64,000 bases of DNA from Paragordius varius (lineage: Eukaryota > Animalia > Nematomorpha). The position numbers and the translations under genes are program-made. Shown here piece by piece: positions 63,345 through 64,000 of this stretch. A model generated the notes under the pieces. That model had not been told where the DNA came from. It did not search any database and saw only the letters and a program-made list of their open reading frames with translations. Each line of letters opens with the position of its first letter. Position 1 is the stretch's first letter. The DNA lies in NCBI GenBank assembly GCA_964247055.1, contig OZ176052.1, positions 2,232,001 to 2,296,000 on the forward strand, written 5' to 3'.

Positions 63345-64000
63345 ATAAAATAAATTATTCCTTCAATGTTTTATATACAAGACTTATTGTTAAGATATCA
63401 AAAAACATAATTACCTTAATTTTTTTGAAATAACCTATCGTTTTGGGTTACTAAATTGGGAAAAGAGATGTGAATTGTTAACATAATCAATTTAATATAT
63501 TTTACAATCATATGCGTTGCAATAAATATATTAAACTTTTACTTTTTAAAAAATATAGGATTATTTTTATGGCTCAAATTTCATCAAAATATGTAACGAT
63601 TTTAGTTAAACGCTTTTTCGGCGTTAAATACCAATGTTAGAACGGTTCGAATCAAATTAACGTTTAAGTACGGAGAGAATATATCTGATTATAATTAGAA
63701 TTGTATCACTAAGAAAAAAGAAGAATAGTACGTTAGCAATAAAGCAGCCGTTTGTGCCGCAATGCCACAGATATCAATATATTACCCTCCTAAATTAACC
63801 TATAATACAGTGTTTATAAATATATTTATGCTAGTAGTTTATTAAATATTGCCAGATAGAATTTCCAGTAAAGAGAAATATTTTATCGGTTAAAAGGAAG
63901 AAATAAGCGGAAAAATGCATAATTTTTATATGCATCAAATATAAGCCAAACATATTGATTTTTATTGTAATTACCATCTAGAAATAATTAAATTAAAAAA

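Noticed and set aside
1-64000. Naming the organism
   Set aside because: AT-richness, micro-introns and conserved intron positions point to a derived animal lineage, but the sequence alone does not let me assign a taxon without a database search.

Overview
Eukaryotic, very AT-rich (about a quarter GC by eye), intron-rich DNA that looks animal and uses the standard genetic code. Splicing exons by hand resolves: (1) a spliced gene derived from a Tc1/IS630-type transposase with two of three catalytic residues lost (5'-partial, 249-1270); (2) WDR33 (minus, 15 exons); (3) a head-to-head TMX1-like thioredoxin whose ancestral introns are only 23-29 nt; (4) CDC16/APC6 (minus), whose ~7-kb intron holds an intact-looking Ty3/Gypsy LTR retrotransposon nested in a decayed hAT (Charlie/Buster) transposon; (5) a solitary 5S rRNA gene; (6) a ~30-exon Diaphanous formin with an AT-AC (U12-like) intron whose 5' splice site is variant (ATATGCTT); (7) a partly resolved plus-strand gene; (8) an unidentified minus-strand coiled-coil/low-complexity gene. 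Introns and intergenic DNA carry several MITE/foldback families, a multi-layer transposon nest, LINE remnants and (TA)n tracts. No CRISPR array and no tRNA gene found. The most interesting signals are the splicing system (22-29-nt introns alongside an atypical AT-AC intron and a possible GT-AA intron) and the possibly domesticated transposase. Gene identities come from my recall of family motifs, not from database searches. Repeat boundaries were aligned by eye.
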